In this document: in pieces, positions 12,072 through 25,179 of the stretch
Layout: every line of letters starts with the position of its first letter
Numbering within the stretch: position 1 is the first letter of the stretch
Origin: Strigamia acuminata
Lineage: Eukaryota
Assembly: GCA_949358305.1 (NCBI GenBank)
Contig: OX442314.1
Location: forward strand, 2,294,001-2,358,000
Length of the DNA stretch: 64,000 bases
Direction: 5' to 3'
Translations under genes and position numbers: made by a program
Notes under the pieces: generated by a model
Seen by the model: only the letters and a program-made list of their open reading frames with translations
The model's database searches: none
What the model was told of the DNA's origin: nothing

Positions 12072-13802
12072 ATGGTGAGAAATTTCGAGTTAAAGAACAA
12101 AGCATTCCGAGCGGCCATGATGGTCACAGAAACACTCCTGACCACGATCACCACTGCGCTGAATGGGAGAGCTGCAATTCCGCAAGCCACAATTGAATTA
12201 TGGCTGCAACAGCTCGAACAAAAGCAGAAACGAGTGCAACTAACGTTTGACGCCACACTGGATCAAGCAAGAAGCGACCAGGAGATTGACGACACCGTGT
12301 TAGCACTCGACGCACTGGAGGACCGCTTGGCCGCATCAAAAGCCGATTTAGGCAGGTACACTCATGCGAATTACCCACCTAATTTACCCCAAAATCCACG
12401 ACCGAACGCGGACGCGCAACCGGCGGACATCGAGACGCTAGCGGCGGCTATTACCGCAGCAGTGACGGCAGCAACACCACGCGCAACACCGACGAACGGT
12501 CAACCATTCATCAAACGTAAGCCACTTGAAATACCTAAGTTTGACGGACGTAAGCCAGAAGAATGGGGAGGGTTTTGGAAAACGTTTTCGATCCAAGTCG
12601 GCGACGACGAGCAACTGGGCGGAACAAATAAACTTTTATATTTAAGAAATTACCTGGTTGGAGAGGCGCTCGACGATATAAAAGCACTCGAAATCACCGC
12701 AGGAAATTACACCGTCGCAATCGCACGTCTGCAGAAGAAATACGGCGATAAAATCGTACTCGAAAATAAATACCTGTCTAACCTCATAAATTTGCCATCT
12801 GTTAGCAGCGAGCGAGATCGAATGGGTTTACAAAAACTCCACAGACACGTGGAAGTTAACATAGAAAATTTAGCCAACATTGACGTGCCTTTGGCAGAAA
12901 TACAGCGGACCATTTTCCCCGTGCTGTCGTCGGCTGTTCCGCGCAGTATAATCATGGAATATGACAAAGACTGCGACGGAGAGAGGTTGATAGCAAGGTT
13001 GATGGACTGGTTGAGTGATCACATAGCTAAACATGCCAAATACGACATGCTAAAAACCCAATCGAAGCCAGAAACGTCTCACAACAAAACGTCGGACAAC
13101 AATCCCCCCAACAAAGGACGATTTAGTCGAAAAGAAAAGGAACCTCGATCGGGATCGGCGTCGCAACTGTCAGTATTAATAATGAAATGTCAATTTTGCG
13201 ATTCCACAGAACACAATCGGAAAAGATGCCCGCTCACGATGGAGGAGAGACGAAAAAGACTGCAGAAAAAAGGGATTTGCATGAGATGCTTGGGGAAAGT
13301 GCCCCACAAGACGGAAGAATGCAGAACTCGCATGAAATGCTACAACTGCGAGGGAACACATCACACCCACGTGTGCGACACACCAAAAGCTACAGAAGCC
13401 AGCGAGGGAATCACCCACACCAACGCAGTCGTCACCACCTGTCCACCCAAGTCCGAATTTTTGATGGTGCAGATGGTGAAGATGGCCGGACCAACGCACT
13501 CAACTTTGGGAGTGTGCTATATCGATGGGGGAGCCCAACGCACCTTCATACGCTCTGAGCTGACTAAAAAACTGAATTTGAGAATTTTAGGCACTGAAAC
13601 GATAAATTTGGCCGTGTTTGGGCAAGAGCCCAGATCAGAAGTTCGCAACAGAGTCGAGTTAGTCCTCAGTCCCGCCAACTCGAAGTCGCCAGCAGTTACA
13701 ATTGAAGCCATCGAAACTGTCCACGTCACGTCCACGCCCGAAGAACAGCCAAACAAGCAACTAAAAGCAGAATTACAGTACAACGAAGAAAAATCCCACT
13801 GA
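12072..13802 (+). CDS. Pao gag (DUF1759-type, three CCHC knuckles) plus aspartic protease
   Basis: LEIPKFDG..W..FW; CQFC..H...C, CMRC...H....C, CYNC...H....C; YIDGGAQRTFI. Confidence 0.93.
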   Translation: MVRNFELKNKAFRAAMMVTETLLTTITTALNGRAAIPQATIELWLQQLEQKQKRVQLTFDATLDQARSDQEIDDTVLALDALEDRLAASKADLGRYTHANYPPNLPQNPRPNADAQPADIETLAAAITAAVTAATPRATPTNGQPFIKRKPLEIPKFDGRKPEEWGGFWKTFSIQVGDDEQLGGTNKLLYLRNYLVGEALDDIKALEITAGNYTVAIARLQKKYGDKIVLENKYLSNLINLPSVSSERDRMGLQKLHRHVEVNIENLANIDVPLAEIQRTIFPVLSSAVPRSIIMEYDKDCDGERLIARLMDWLSDHIAKHAKYDMLKTQSKPETSHNKTSDNNPPNKGRFSRKEKEPRSGSASQLSVLIMKCQFCDSTEHNRKRCPLTMEERRKRLQKKGICMRCLGKVPHKTEECRTRMKCYNCEGTHHTHVCDTPKATEASEGITHTNAVVTTCPPKSEFLMVQMVKMAGPTHSTLGVCYIDGGAQRTFIRSELTKKLNLRILGTETINLAVFGQEPRSEVRNRVELVLSPANSKSPAVTIEAIETVHVTSTPEEQPNKQLKAELQYNEEKSH

Positions 13803-13812
13803 CTCTCAGCTG

Positions 13813-16209
13813 ATGTCAGATGAAGAGACCAAAGTGTTGGGAGTCAAGTGGAACCCAAACTCGGACGAATTGAGTCTGGCGGTCGAAGAAAATTGCCCAT
13901 CTTGCAAGAAAACAACAAAAAGGGAAGTAATAAAAATAACGTCTCAAATATTCGACCCTTTAGGATTTGCCACGCCATTCACGGTGACTGCACGAATGTT
14001 CTTCCAATCCCTGTGGCTCAAGAACCTGCCATGGGACGACGAATTAGGCAGCGAATTGCTCACTGACTGGAAAAAATGGACCAACCAAATTCCCACGTTA
14101 AGACACATTCAAGTTCCACGATGGTTAGGATTGGACGAATTTGACTAGTGTGAAGTGCACATATTTTGCGACGCGAGTCCAAAGGCATACGGGGCGGTGG
14201 CCTATATACAGAACAGTACTGGTGATTTGATTGAAACGAATTTTATAATTTCAAAGTGTCGTGTAGCTCCTGTCAAACCACTAACTCTACCAAAACTCGA
14301 ACTCATGGGAGCATTGATTGCTGTGCGCCTCTCCGACCAAATTAAGGAGTTGGTGACGCCAGGTGAAATGTTTTTTTGGACAGATTCGCAAATATGCCTC
14401 CACTGGATTGGAAACACGTCCAAACGACCACCAACCTTCGTACATAATCGAGTTTTGGAGATAAGGGAGAAGTCAAGGATTGAAGAGTGGAAACACGTGC
14501 CTGGAATTAAAAATCCAGCTGACCGCCTAACGAGGGGAATAGACGCAGAAGCAATGATTTCCGACTGACTTTGGTGGCAAGGGCCAGATTGGCTGCGTGG
14601 AAGCCGCCAGATTTGGCCAAAGGTGCTGCCAGATACAGTCGAGGAGCGAGACGATGAGGAAACTGCAGAAATTCACGTCGAGGCGGTGCAGACAACAACA
14701 ATTAATATTTTTCCGTTTGACAGGTTTGGATCGCTGTCAAAGGCAATCCGAACACTGGCATGGGTTTTCAGGTTTGCAGACAATGCTGGGAAACGACAAA
14801 CAGATGCCAGCCAACGCAATCGAGGTCCATTGAGGGCAGCCGAGCTGAAACGTGCGAAACTCAGCTTAATTGGAATCGCACAAACAGAAGTTTATGGCCG
14901 AGAAATCGAAAGGATGAAAGATGGCAAGCCAGTTCATGGAGAATCGAAGCTGCGAGACCTGAATCCACGACTAAACGAAATGGGACTGATTGAGCTGCGG
15001 AATAGACTGCATGAATCGCGAGACTTGCCCACCACAACACAACCTTTGATTTTGCCCCCTAAACACAAACTGACTGAACTAATTTTGCAATTCTCACATT
15101 TACAGGTCCTCCATTGCGGACTGACATCCACGCTATCCAAATTTCGGGAAAACTACTGGACTCCATCCGCAAGGAGGACCTTGAAGACCATGTTGGATCG
15201 TTGCGTCGTCTGCAAAAGGATCAACGGACGATTGATGCGGGAAGTGCCAGGCGCCCTCCAAGCCGACAGGACGTCAAAAACCCAACCTTTTGTGGTCACC
15301 GGAGTCGACTTCGCGAGACCAATAATAGTGAAGGGACGGAAAACTAAAGCGTACGTAACTGTATTTACATGTGCAACGATTCGAGCCGTCCACTTGGAAT
15401 TGGTGCCCTCGCTAGCAACAACAGACTTTTTGGGGGCGTTCGAGCGTTTTATTGGTCGCCGAGGGCTCCCGAAGATGATGTATAGCGACAACGGGACTAC
15501 ATTCCACCGCGCCCACAAAGAACTCGCCTCACTCTTAAACCACACGAAGGACGAGACGTTTCGAAATTACTTGGCGCAAAAGGGCATCGATTGGAAGTTC
15601 ATTGTCGAAAACGGACCGTGGTGGGGCGGGTTCTGGGAGAGGATGGTGCAAACGGTCAAGAGATGTTTAAGGAAGGCTATCGGCTCGGCGCACTTGAACT
15701 TCTATCAACTCGGAACTTTTCTCGTGCAAACCGAAGCAGTCATAAATCGCAGACCGATCACCTACGTGTATGACAACCCAAATGAAATTGAGCCACTTAC
15801 GCCCGCGCACTTTTTGACCGGCGTGATGTTGACTCACCTACCTGACTCGGGAGCAACAGACAGCATCGAACCGACTCAGAAGGAGTTTGTTCGACAATGG
15901 CGCTACCAGCAACGCGTATTACTCTCGTTCTGGAATCGTTGGTCTCGGGAGTATTTGACAGATTTAAAAATTCAAACGGGCAAACCAGGCGTGCAAGAAC
16001 TCCAGTTGAACGACATCGTCATAATCGAAGAGCCATTTAAACCACGCCTAAAATGGAAAATGGGTCGAGTGGTCGAAGTTAAGCGAGGTCGGGATAACAA
16101 AATCAGATCGTGTGAAATGGTGCTCGCCAGTGGAGAAAAGATGCGTCGACCGATACAACGTCTTGTGCGTTTGGAAGTGGAGCCAGTCAACCCCCGCCCG
16201 GCAGTGTGA
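13813..16209 (+). pseudogene. Pao RNase H (peptidase A17 region) plus integrase, with two in-frame stops
   Basis: KVLGVKW, IFDPLG, HIFCDAS..AYG, LPKLEL, NPADRLTRG, LWWQGPDWL, HHCC, GVDFA, SDNGT, WWGGFWER, all in one frame with TAG at 14146 and TGA at 14566. Confidence 0.93.
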
Positions 16210-17199
16210 AAATCGGATGATTTTACGAGTAAATTGTTGTCCTTTATTAATAATTATGTTTAGTTTTATTATTCGATTTGTATTGTTGATTTTATATTTC
16301 CAATTTTACTTGTGAATTTTAATATTGAATTTGAGATTTGCCAATTTATTATAATGTGTTTTTATTTCAATTTAGATGTATTGACTTGTTCTCTTATCAT
16401 TGGAATGTTAAGCTTACTAATCTGTTTAAGAATGTTCTATTTCTCAGAAATTGTAAGCGCTCGCCATTGGTCTGCCGAGCGCGTCATTAGCATACCTCCA
16501 CCTCGTGATTACTTGTGATTGGTTCTTCGAACTCGTCATTTACATCACCTGTTTCCTTTTTGTTTGAAATAAAATTAGTGTACTTTTTCAACTAAAACTG
16601 TGTGGTCGTGCTTCTTTTATACTCCAACGCCATCTTGGACTTCAACGCGATTTTCAACTGTTACATCTACTTGTAGTCAAGGACTTTAGAAATTAATTGG
16701 TAAATTTGAAATATCTTTTATTTACTTCAAGTTTAACAGGTAGGAATCAGATAGTTAATAACACTTATTCCCACCAGAGCGCAGAGCGGCACTTGTGGGA
16801 ACAAGTGAGGAATTAAAATTTCCAAGCGATCAATTTTAGACAAACTGTTGGGGAGCCAATTGAGAAATTCGTCGATAAAAATCTTTGAGCAACAAGTGCA
16901 AGTTATCCATATCTTGGGCCTTGCATATCTCGTCGTAGAAAAACGAATAAATCTTTCATGCTGGTATTTATGTTGAAAAATTAATAAAAATTAAAAATAA
17001 TTCTTGAAAATTAAACATTTAAAAAAAATTGTAAGTTAATCGAAAGTTTGAAATAAGTCGAAAAAAATTGAATCAAGTCGAAAAGATTTTAAAATGAGTC
17101 GAAATAGTTTTAAAAAAAATTCAAAACAATTTTTTTAAAAATAAAATAATCGATCAATTACCATTTGAGACTATCGATTGTATCGGTTGTTCCTCGAGT

Positions 17200-17430
17200 A
17201 TCATCTGCTGCTGTTGCTAATCTGCGCGTCCTGTTTCGCCATCATGGACGCCTTCTCCTGCAACCGAAACAACTCCTCATCCTTGCGCTGTTTCTCCTCC
17301 ATCATCTGCTGCTGCGCCATCAACTGCTGTTCAATCTGGCGCTGTTCGTCCTCTTGCTTCCTGCTGCAACTGCAACAACTTCTCCTTCTCCGTTTTCTGC
17401 TGCTCAAACAACATCTGCTGCTGCAAAACC
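17200..17430 (-). other. Q/E/R/K-rich coiled-coil exon-like segment (paralog at 50250-50327 plus 54914-55110)
   Basis: EQRQIEQQLMAQQQMMEEKQRKDEELFRLQEK; duplicated; splice acceptor TTTGTAG on the minus strand. Confidence 0.5.
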
Positions 17431-17954
17431 TACAAACACAAACAAAAATCAATACAAAGTCGTAAAAAATCAAATCAAAACCAACTCAAAATCACTACAA
17501 ATCACTGAAAATCACCAAACATCAACTCAATATCACCAAAAATCACCAGGCTGAAGTTGGCACCACATTCACATTCCCCCAAACTGCAGATAGAACAAAT
17601 CCCAATTTTTTTTTTACCACGGATTTCAATAGCTTTTACACAAAAAGATAGAGGACTTTCTCTTAAACAAACTGTGAACAGCACAAGTCTCTACTCCTCT
17701 TAGTTTTCGTGCAGCAAGCATTTGAATATGGCACAAAAAAGACTTGTACTAAATTTCCCAATCTGGTGCCACAACTTCAAACCCCAATATCTCAACAACC
17801 TGACCACGGATTTTTTTATTTAAAAAACCAAACGATATAGAAGACCTTCACTACAAACGCTGAAAGGCACAATACTCTACTCGTCTTAGTTTTTGAGTGG
17901 CAGACTTAAACATTGGGGAGCCTGCCGGGAAGCCTGCTTGGTGACAAAAGCATT

Positions 17955-18826
17955 TTTTTTTGGGCTTTCACATCAATAAAGATGGAGTAATGCCTATATG
18001 CTCGAAGGTAGGTGCCCTAACCAAGATAGCGCCGCCAAAAGACGTGAAAGAATTACGAACCTTTTTAGGTATTATTAATCTTTATTGGGGTATTTGTGAA
18101 ACATTTGACTGAGATGGCAGGGCCACTTTATGAGTTGGAGTTGGAGCTGTTTTGGCACACTACGACGACCATGGAAATGAGCAACTAATAGCATATCATA
18201 TGCATCCAGATCTCTGTGTTCGGCCAAACAAAACTATTCCCACTTGGACAAGTGTGAAAACCGAGGGTTTTACGCATACATCCTTTTAATTTGTTTAATT
18301 TGTCATTTTATTACCGTTCAATTCTTTCAAGTTCATTTTTAACATTTTGTTATTTTGTATTTTCTGGTGTTTGTTACTTGCATTTATTTCCCTTTTAAAC
18401 TCCACCTATATGTTGAAACTTTAGTTTGAGCAATAATCCCTACTTTCTCACCCTAAAAACTCCACATCTTAAACTTCCACTTGACCTTTCTTGGAATAAA
18501 CTAATTGAGGTCAGGTAATTCTCGCTCACCAATCAGAGAGCGCCACATACCCTTTCCCCCCTTTATATTCTAGTCTTGAAATAAATTACCAGTGTGTGTT
18601 CTTTTTTACAACTCAAGAGAAGGTCTCCTTTATTATATTTCCCACATCTACACTTTTCAAACCAAGGATTTTAAAATAATTTATGAGTGTGATTTCACAA
18701 CAAGAAAGCCCTAGCAATGATTTTTGCGGTCAAGAAATTCAATGTTTATCTGCAGGGAAGATATTTCATCATACTGATTACAAGCCGCTATTGGGTATTT
18801 TTGGTAAAAACCGACCAATTCCATTA
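17955..18826 (+). pseudogene. Ty3/gypsy RT-RNase H relic interrupted by a solo LTR
   Basis: PPKDVKELRTFLG, GAVLAH, ASRSL...NYSHLDK|KALAMIFAVKKF, TDYKPLLGIF, with frameshifts. Confidence 0.85.
18253..18699 (+). mobile_element. Solo LTR (447 bp), BEL/Pao-like
   Basis: TGTGAAA...TTTCACA termini and 5-bp TSD ACAAG (18248-18252, 18700-18704). Removing it restores the gypsy RNase H frame. Confidence 0.9.
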
Positions 18827-19658
18827 TGAAAACTTTGGTTAAGACAGGAAACCCACCTACACTCTTTTTAAATTAGTGTGTAAATTGGGGTGTTTTTTCA
18901 AAAAACTCTATTTAACCTTGTCCAAGATTTAACATGGAGCATAAAACACATTCTTGTTTGTTTACCTTAACGAACACATTTGGTCTCTGATATTAGTCGC
19001 CGGTTTGATTTTTTTTAGATTTCGATTTCGGTAATGTAAACAAATTTTTTTAAAAATTTAAGAAATTAAGAAAGAACCGCCAAGATGAGGTGGGATACGG
19101 TGCGCAAGAGGGCAGACTAATAATTTTTCCTCTCATTTGAGTACCGATCAAGACGAGGTGCACCAGATTTTGCGTATTTCTAATCGCGTTTGTAGTTGGT
19201 TTTCATTATTCCAAGAATTATTTTACATTATACAATGCAAATTTAAAGGCAACAGCAATTGCTCCAAACATTGCTCCAAGCATTGCACATCAAGACTATC
19301 AATCAAATTCAATCAGTGAATGCAAGTGGAAAAGTGGTTAAAGTGGAATACCGGTAGTGAATATTGACCAACATTAACACCCATTAGCTGACAGAAAGAT
19401 AAGACCATCAGGATTTCTTCCAATAAACACCTAAACACCAGGTAGATAATTTAGTAAAAAATGTAGCCCAAAACACCAGAATTGTAATCAAGTAGCCTTG
19501 ACTCCAGACATTGTGATCGATTACCAACATTGTCAAAGGTGATGCTTTGACACAGAACTACTTTTCCACCTAGTAGAACACAGTACACAGTTAGGCGTAA
19601 ACCGGCTGAAATAGATAAAAGTTATGTTGGTTTTGAGTATAGTAATTGTCCTAGACAG

Positions 19659-19910
19659 CAAACTGGAACAAAAGGAAATCGCTTGGAGTGTTCAGAAAAA
19701 AGAAAATCAAGAACGAAACAACAAACTGGAGCAAAAGGAAACCGCTCGGAGTGTTCAGAAGAAAGAAATCGATCGACAACCCAACAACAAACTGGAGCAA
19801 AGAGAAAATGTGCAGAGTTTTTAGAAGAAGGAAATTGATCGACAATCCAACAACAAACTGGAGCAAAGAGAAAATGTGCAGAGTTTTCAGAAGAAAGAAA
19901 ATCAAAGAAA
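19659..19910 (+). repeat. Tandem repeat, ~63-66 bp x4
   Basis: Units begin CAAACTGGA(G/A)CAAA at ~19660, 19722, 19788 and 19855. Confidence 0.85.
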
Positions 19911-20036
19911 CTGAAAGCAGATGGTAACAGCGAAATGGCTAATCTAAAACCAAAGAGATGCCAGAAAATTTCGCTTTTGCATTATACTTTGGCTTATTCA
20001 ATTATATGTGTATAAGTTATTTGGGGGGCAAATAAT

Positions 20037-20377
20037 TTACCCCCCTTCTAAACCTTATGTTTAGAAAGTCTCATAAAACGGTTCTGTCCGTCAGTCCGTC
20101 CGTCCATCTGTCCGCATCAACTCCTCTAAAACAAAAGCAGCTAGAGCCAAACGGGCAACTGCAATGAACTCAGCATACCTTCAATAGGTGCCTAAGGAAT
20201 TTTTGTATTTCTCCGACCTCCAGTTTAATAAAAAAAAAAACTGGTTTTAGACTTTTACAAGCTGGTACCGGAAATGACATTTTTTTTAGACTTCTAAAGC
20301 TGAGTAAATAAAAATTTTAAGGGACAGACGGACAGATGTACTTCTATACAGAAGAGTGTAGAAGGGGTGTAGAAGTC
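20037..20377 (+). mobile_element. DINE-1/Helentron-like non-autonomous element
   Basis: GTCCGTC microsatellite at ~20085-20115, complementary GACAGACGGACAG near 20325, subterminal IR ACCCCCTTCTA/TAGAAGGGGT and terminal hairpins. Confidence 0.55.
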
Positions 20378-21297
20378 TAAGATGTAATGTTTCCATGCAC
20401 TACAGATATTTACTTGTTTACAGAATAAAAATATATTTTTTGGATTTATTTCTGCTAATACTGTATTGCAGTTACAGTTCTGCTTCGTCTTTATGGCACA
20501 AAATAATGCCAAGAGATGGAATACAATAAAGCTAAAGGATTACATTTCGAATTGAATAGTAATTAGCAAAAAGCAACTGTCACCTTGTTCATAACCTAGT
20601 GACGATTTCATCGCTTTTTAGTCAAACGATTTTATTGCTTTTTAGTCTAACGATTTTATCACTTTTTAGTCCACTCACTTGTCAGCTCTGTGTGGCACCA
20701 CAAGTTTTAGGGACAGTTAACACCAACCTGAGGGTCAAACATTTTGATCAGGTCACCAGGTTAAACTTAAAAGAAGGATTTACATTCACTGGAAGAAAAG
20801 TGAACACTCTTGTTAGAATCGTCTTCGTTTTTGCTTTTCACCAACTTAGTTCCTCGTTCGTCTTTTTCATTTACATTCATCCTTCCCCATTTACGTTTGC
20901 CATTCTATTTCTATTTCAATTTCAATTTCAATTGAAACCCAAATGAAATTCTCCGCCCGTGTCGACATCCACAGGATCCCGACTCGCGACCCACGCACTC
21001 CCGTATTCGCCCATCTTTGAAATAGACAAGATCCGCGATACTGAACTGCGCATGCGCGATACAGTTTGCGCTCTCTGTTGGCGTAAAAAGCAACCTGCCC
21101 CATACCTTCGTCGTTGTTGTTTGTTAGAAAAGATGAAGAAAATAATGATTTAGATAAACAATTTCTAAATAAATTGTAGAAAATGTCATAAAAATTCACT
21201 ACTACCGGTATATGAAAATTAAAAGTTAAGAATTATTATAATTTAATAAAAAAATTCAATTAACATATTTATTTTTAAAATTTCAGAGAAATTTTCA

Positions 21298-21903
21298 ATG
21301 GATCTGGAAAATAAAAACACTATTTCAATTTTAACAAGCAAAAATCTTGTACAAGTTGAAGAGATAAAGTGAGAAGACTTTGTTTTACGAAGGTTTTGTT
21401 TTACACAATTAAAAATATTTATCTTTACAGATCTTTAAAAGCGAATCTAAAGAGGAACTTCAAGGATATAGCAACTTCAAGGATATAGCAAACTTACGGC
21501 TCCAAAACAAGTGTTTGTTAGAACAGATCAAGTTCTTGGAAGAGGAGATGATAAAACTGAAAGAAGACAGTACTTTAACAGATGAAAAGATGGATGTAGA
21601 ATACGTAGAAATGCGCGAAAGCATTACAAATTTTGCGTCTGAAACTGTGACTAATTCTGCGAAAAAGACTCAGCCTCGATCTCAGAAACGTTGGGGAAAA
21701 CGTGAAGAATTGAATCTTTATGCTGGCGTCAGGTTATTTGGAGATAAAAAATGGACATTGATTTTGACTAAATTCAAGTTCAACGATCGTGAATCGTATG
21801 AAATAAGTGGAGGAGATTAAAAGACAATTTTATGAAACTATCTCAAGTAAAAAACTTTATCTGCAAAGCCATAAGATTCATAAGAAATAAGTATTTTCAA
21901 TGA
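21298..21903 (+). pseudogene. Coiled-coil plus telobox (TRF-like) Myb domain pseudogene
   Basis: KRWGKREELNLYAGVRLFGDKKWTLILTKFKFNDR...(frameshift)NKWRRL resembles the TRF1/2 Myb domain. Short GT-AG intron ~21369-21430; 17-bp tandem duplication at ~21457-21490. Confidence 0.75.
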
Positions 21904-24900
21904 TATTTTCAATAATTATCAGTTGTTTGTATAATTTGCATTGCTGGGGGTTTATACTCGTTTAGCTTAGGGCAAGTTTCAGCAAGAAGTAGTTGGAAAA
22001 GATGGCCTGAATAAGATCACCAGATGCACATGGCAAATGCACACTTCAAGACCCACCTATAAGGTATCTCAAATCAGTAGAACCAAGCAGTCATATCACA
22101 GACATCAAAATTGCATAAATTAGTAAATGCTACATCCATACAGTAAATGGAGTGCGGACAAAAGACAACAAATAAGGTGTATTTGGAAAGGTACATTCAG
22201 ATTCAGATAAAGAATTTGCAATGGAGAATTTAAAGGAGAAATCAAAACTAAGCACACTCATCAATCAGCATCATGCTAAGTTTTAGATATGTTGATGATG
22301 TACTATTTTCATTTTGAGCAAGGATTGACTTCTGGCCATCATTTCCAAAACTACCGAAATAGAGTTAGCAGCGAGGAACCAACAGCAGCAGTTTGTGCAC
22401 ATACAAGTACAACCTGAAGAAGTGATTTACATCTAATTTGGTTCATGCGAATTAATTGTACGAATTTCCAGATTGAAATATCTAAAAATCCGTCAAGAAA
22501 AATAGGGGCAAATTCAGGGCTTTCCTGCGTGAAAGCTCAAACGTAAGAATATTTTTTATTAAAATAAATGAGCAGTGTTGTATCTCGTTGGGGTGACGAA
22601 ACGGTCTCATTTGTTTGATTTTTCTTATTTAGTTTGGACCGAGTGTGAGTATTGTAAAGTACGTGCAGAGGGAGCAAATTAATGAAACGCAAATAATATA
22701 CTTAAGACAAGCACAGAATTAAGCGTAACTTAAAATAAAAAGCATGCCTTCTAATTACGTGCAATTCCATTCATAGAGTTTCAAAAAGACAAGGCTGCCG
22801 AGCGCGGGATGCAGAAAAAAGAGCCTGGATTAATTAAAGAACTGACAATTAAAGAACTTGAAACCGAAGCGAGCACAGCCTATGGCCACTGCCCAAACCA
22901 AGGCAGTCTGGATTATCAAGATAGCCAGCCAAACCAAAACAATCATCGAAGAAAGATTCTCTAAGATTTAGAAATGTGGCCTTTTGTATAAACGCACAAC
23001 AGACCAGGAGGTCTTTTAGGGATTTCCTTTCCACTCATTTGTCAGCTGTACTTGTGCAGTATGTTGCACCACAAGTTAATTCTAGGGGCAGAAACCCAAC
23101 GTGTACCATCATCAGATTCATCACCATCATTCTTTAGTTTTTTTTTCACGACATTTACTATTTGTTATTTGTTAAATCAATGTTCCAATGCACCAATCTA
23201 TCAATTAATTTATAGGATGCCATATGGAAAAAACTCCAATCTCTAATAGGCCAAGCCTACATACCACGTGGCGCTTTTAAGAATAGTTGAATATGTGAAA
23301 ATGTTTTTAACAACGTGCAAATGTTTAAAGATGAGTTCTCCCTCCCATTTCGGGAACCGTGCGATCGAAACTTTGCAGAGACCGACGAAGAAGACCAATC
23401 TGAACAAGAGGAACTACGGTAGGAGATTTAGTACAAAATTTGTTACCGGTAGAGAGTTATCAATGCACTAGCCAGTTTTAGGCCAGAATGGGGTGGGGGA
23501 GCGATCAAAGAAGTCAACATTTAGGGGACACTTTTTGAAGGGAGAGTGAGTGACCAAATGCGTGTCCAAATGTGACCTATTTTTGGCTGTTTTTGGTTCT
23601 GTAAATCTCATAGTTTTGTTACAATAAATTCAAGTGTGTTACCACGTAGCTGGGTTTTTTATCAGCTCTCTAGAATTTTCCACAAGAAATCAGCATTTCA
23701 CAAATTTAACTTTAAAATATGTAAAAAGGAAAAAATAGTGGCACCAAGCAGTCAAAATTGCATAACAATTAGTAAAAGCTACATCCATAGAGTAAATGGA
23801 GTGCAGGCCTACAATACCAACTCTATTATGACCAGAGCTCTCTTTTTGCTTGACCCAGGGGTGACCACAGGAGGTAGAGAGTTGGATTTTACACCCCCAC
23901 ACTTAAATAACAATAGAATAGAACCTAAACTCTACAAGTTCAAAAGAAACATTAATTATCTCTGGGATTTCCTAGATTTCGCAGGAGAATTAAATCGAAT
24001 TGATCTTGATCACAAACTACAAAAATATTCAAAGCTTGAGCTCAAATTGAAATGAAAATGAGACCACCACATTTTTCAGACATGGATTAAGCCTAAAATG
24101 GAATGGAAACGAAAAATGTGGGATAAACTAATTTGCAATCCAACAGAAAAATAAATAAAAATTTTGACAAAATTAGCTAAAATAAAACCAATCTAAATCC
24201 AGTTCCTTGGTTATAGGTTGTATTTTGAGGTCAGACAGAGGAAGCGAAGAAGCAGAAGACCAAATAAACAAAAAGAAATGTCATTTTGATCAAATATAGA
24301 ATGGAAACTCCCGACACCACATCAGTGGGGGAAAAAAAAGAGAAAAACACATTAAATTTTAACTAAAATCAAACCGTCGGATAAAATCCAAACCTAATCC
24401 TTTGGTTTTGCATCATTATCATCTCGAAAACGAATAGAAACACCGAAAAACAACGATCGAACCGAAAAGCAAACGACATAGCAGAAATGGAATGAAGAAG
24501 AACACAAACACGTGCCGTCGCTAAGCGAAGTGGAAGCATCTCTATTGGTTGCAATCAACGTCAACAAATTGCGCCATTCTCCTCTGTTAATAATAATTAT
24601 TCACACCAGAGTGACTCTGCAACTCACAAGTCAGTGTCAAGACAGTTTTCAATCAATTATTGAAACCAACAAAAAAAATAAAGAAAATTAAATAATAAAA
24701 AATTAAAAAATTAAAATTCACCTCTTTTCATCTCTTTTGGCGAAATGTCACCTGTGGTCGACTCAGGCTCCCAAATCTCAAACTACCGTCGTGGTCAAGT
24801 GTGGTCGGAAGGCACTAGAAAAAAACGGGGAAAACAAAGAAATTAAAAGCGATACTGTACAAGACATTTTTTATCACTGCGTATTCTACAAACATGCTTC

Positions 24901-25179
24901 GATATTTTTCAATTTCTTTCCATTAAATTCCTTTAAAAATGCAGAAATAATGGGATCTTTTAACGTGTTAACGGTATATTAAATTTGAATTAAACGTGAA
25001 TTTGAATTTCATCGTTATTTTTGTCGGAAATAAAGAAAAACGTTACATTTCGAAAGAATTTTCAAACCTATTCCACGGATGTTTGAGGGTTTTTAAAAGA
25101 TTATTCGACCACATTTTTGTATAAAGTTTGTGCTATTTTATCGCCCATGTCCAAGCCTGAACTCTGCGATAAACTCACC

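Larger units (their letters stand above)
11480..16738 (+). mobile_element. BEL/Pao LTR retrotransposon, internally deleted (no RT)
   Basis: 534-bp LTRs at 11480-12013 and 16205-16738 (TG..CA, 2 mismatches seen). GGTAG TSD at 11475-11479 and 16739-16743. PBS and Pao-type domains present. Confidence 0.97.

Noticed and set aside
12038..16190. Antisense and alternate-frame ORFs within Pao (likewise within copia)
   Set aside because: Shadow ORFs of the gag-pol frames.
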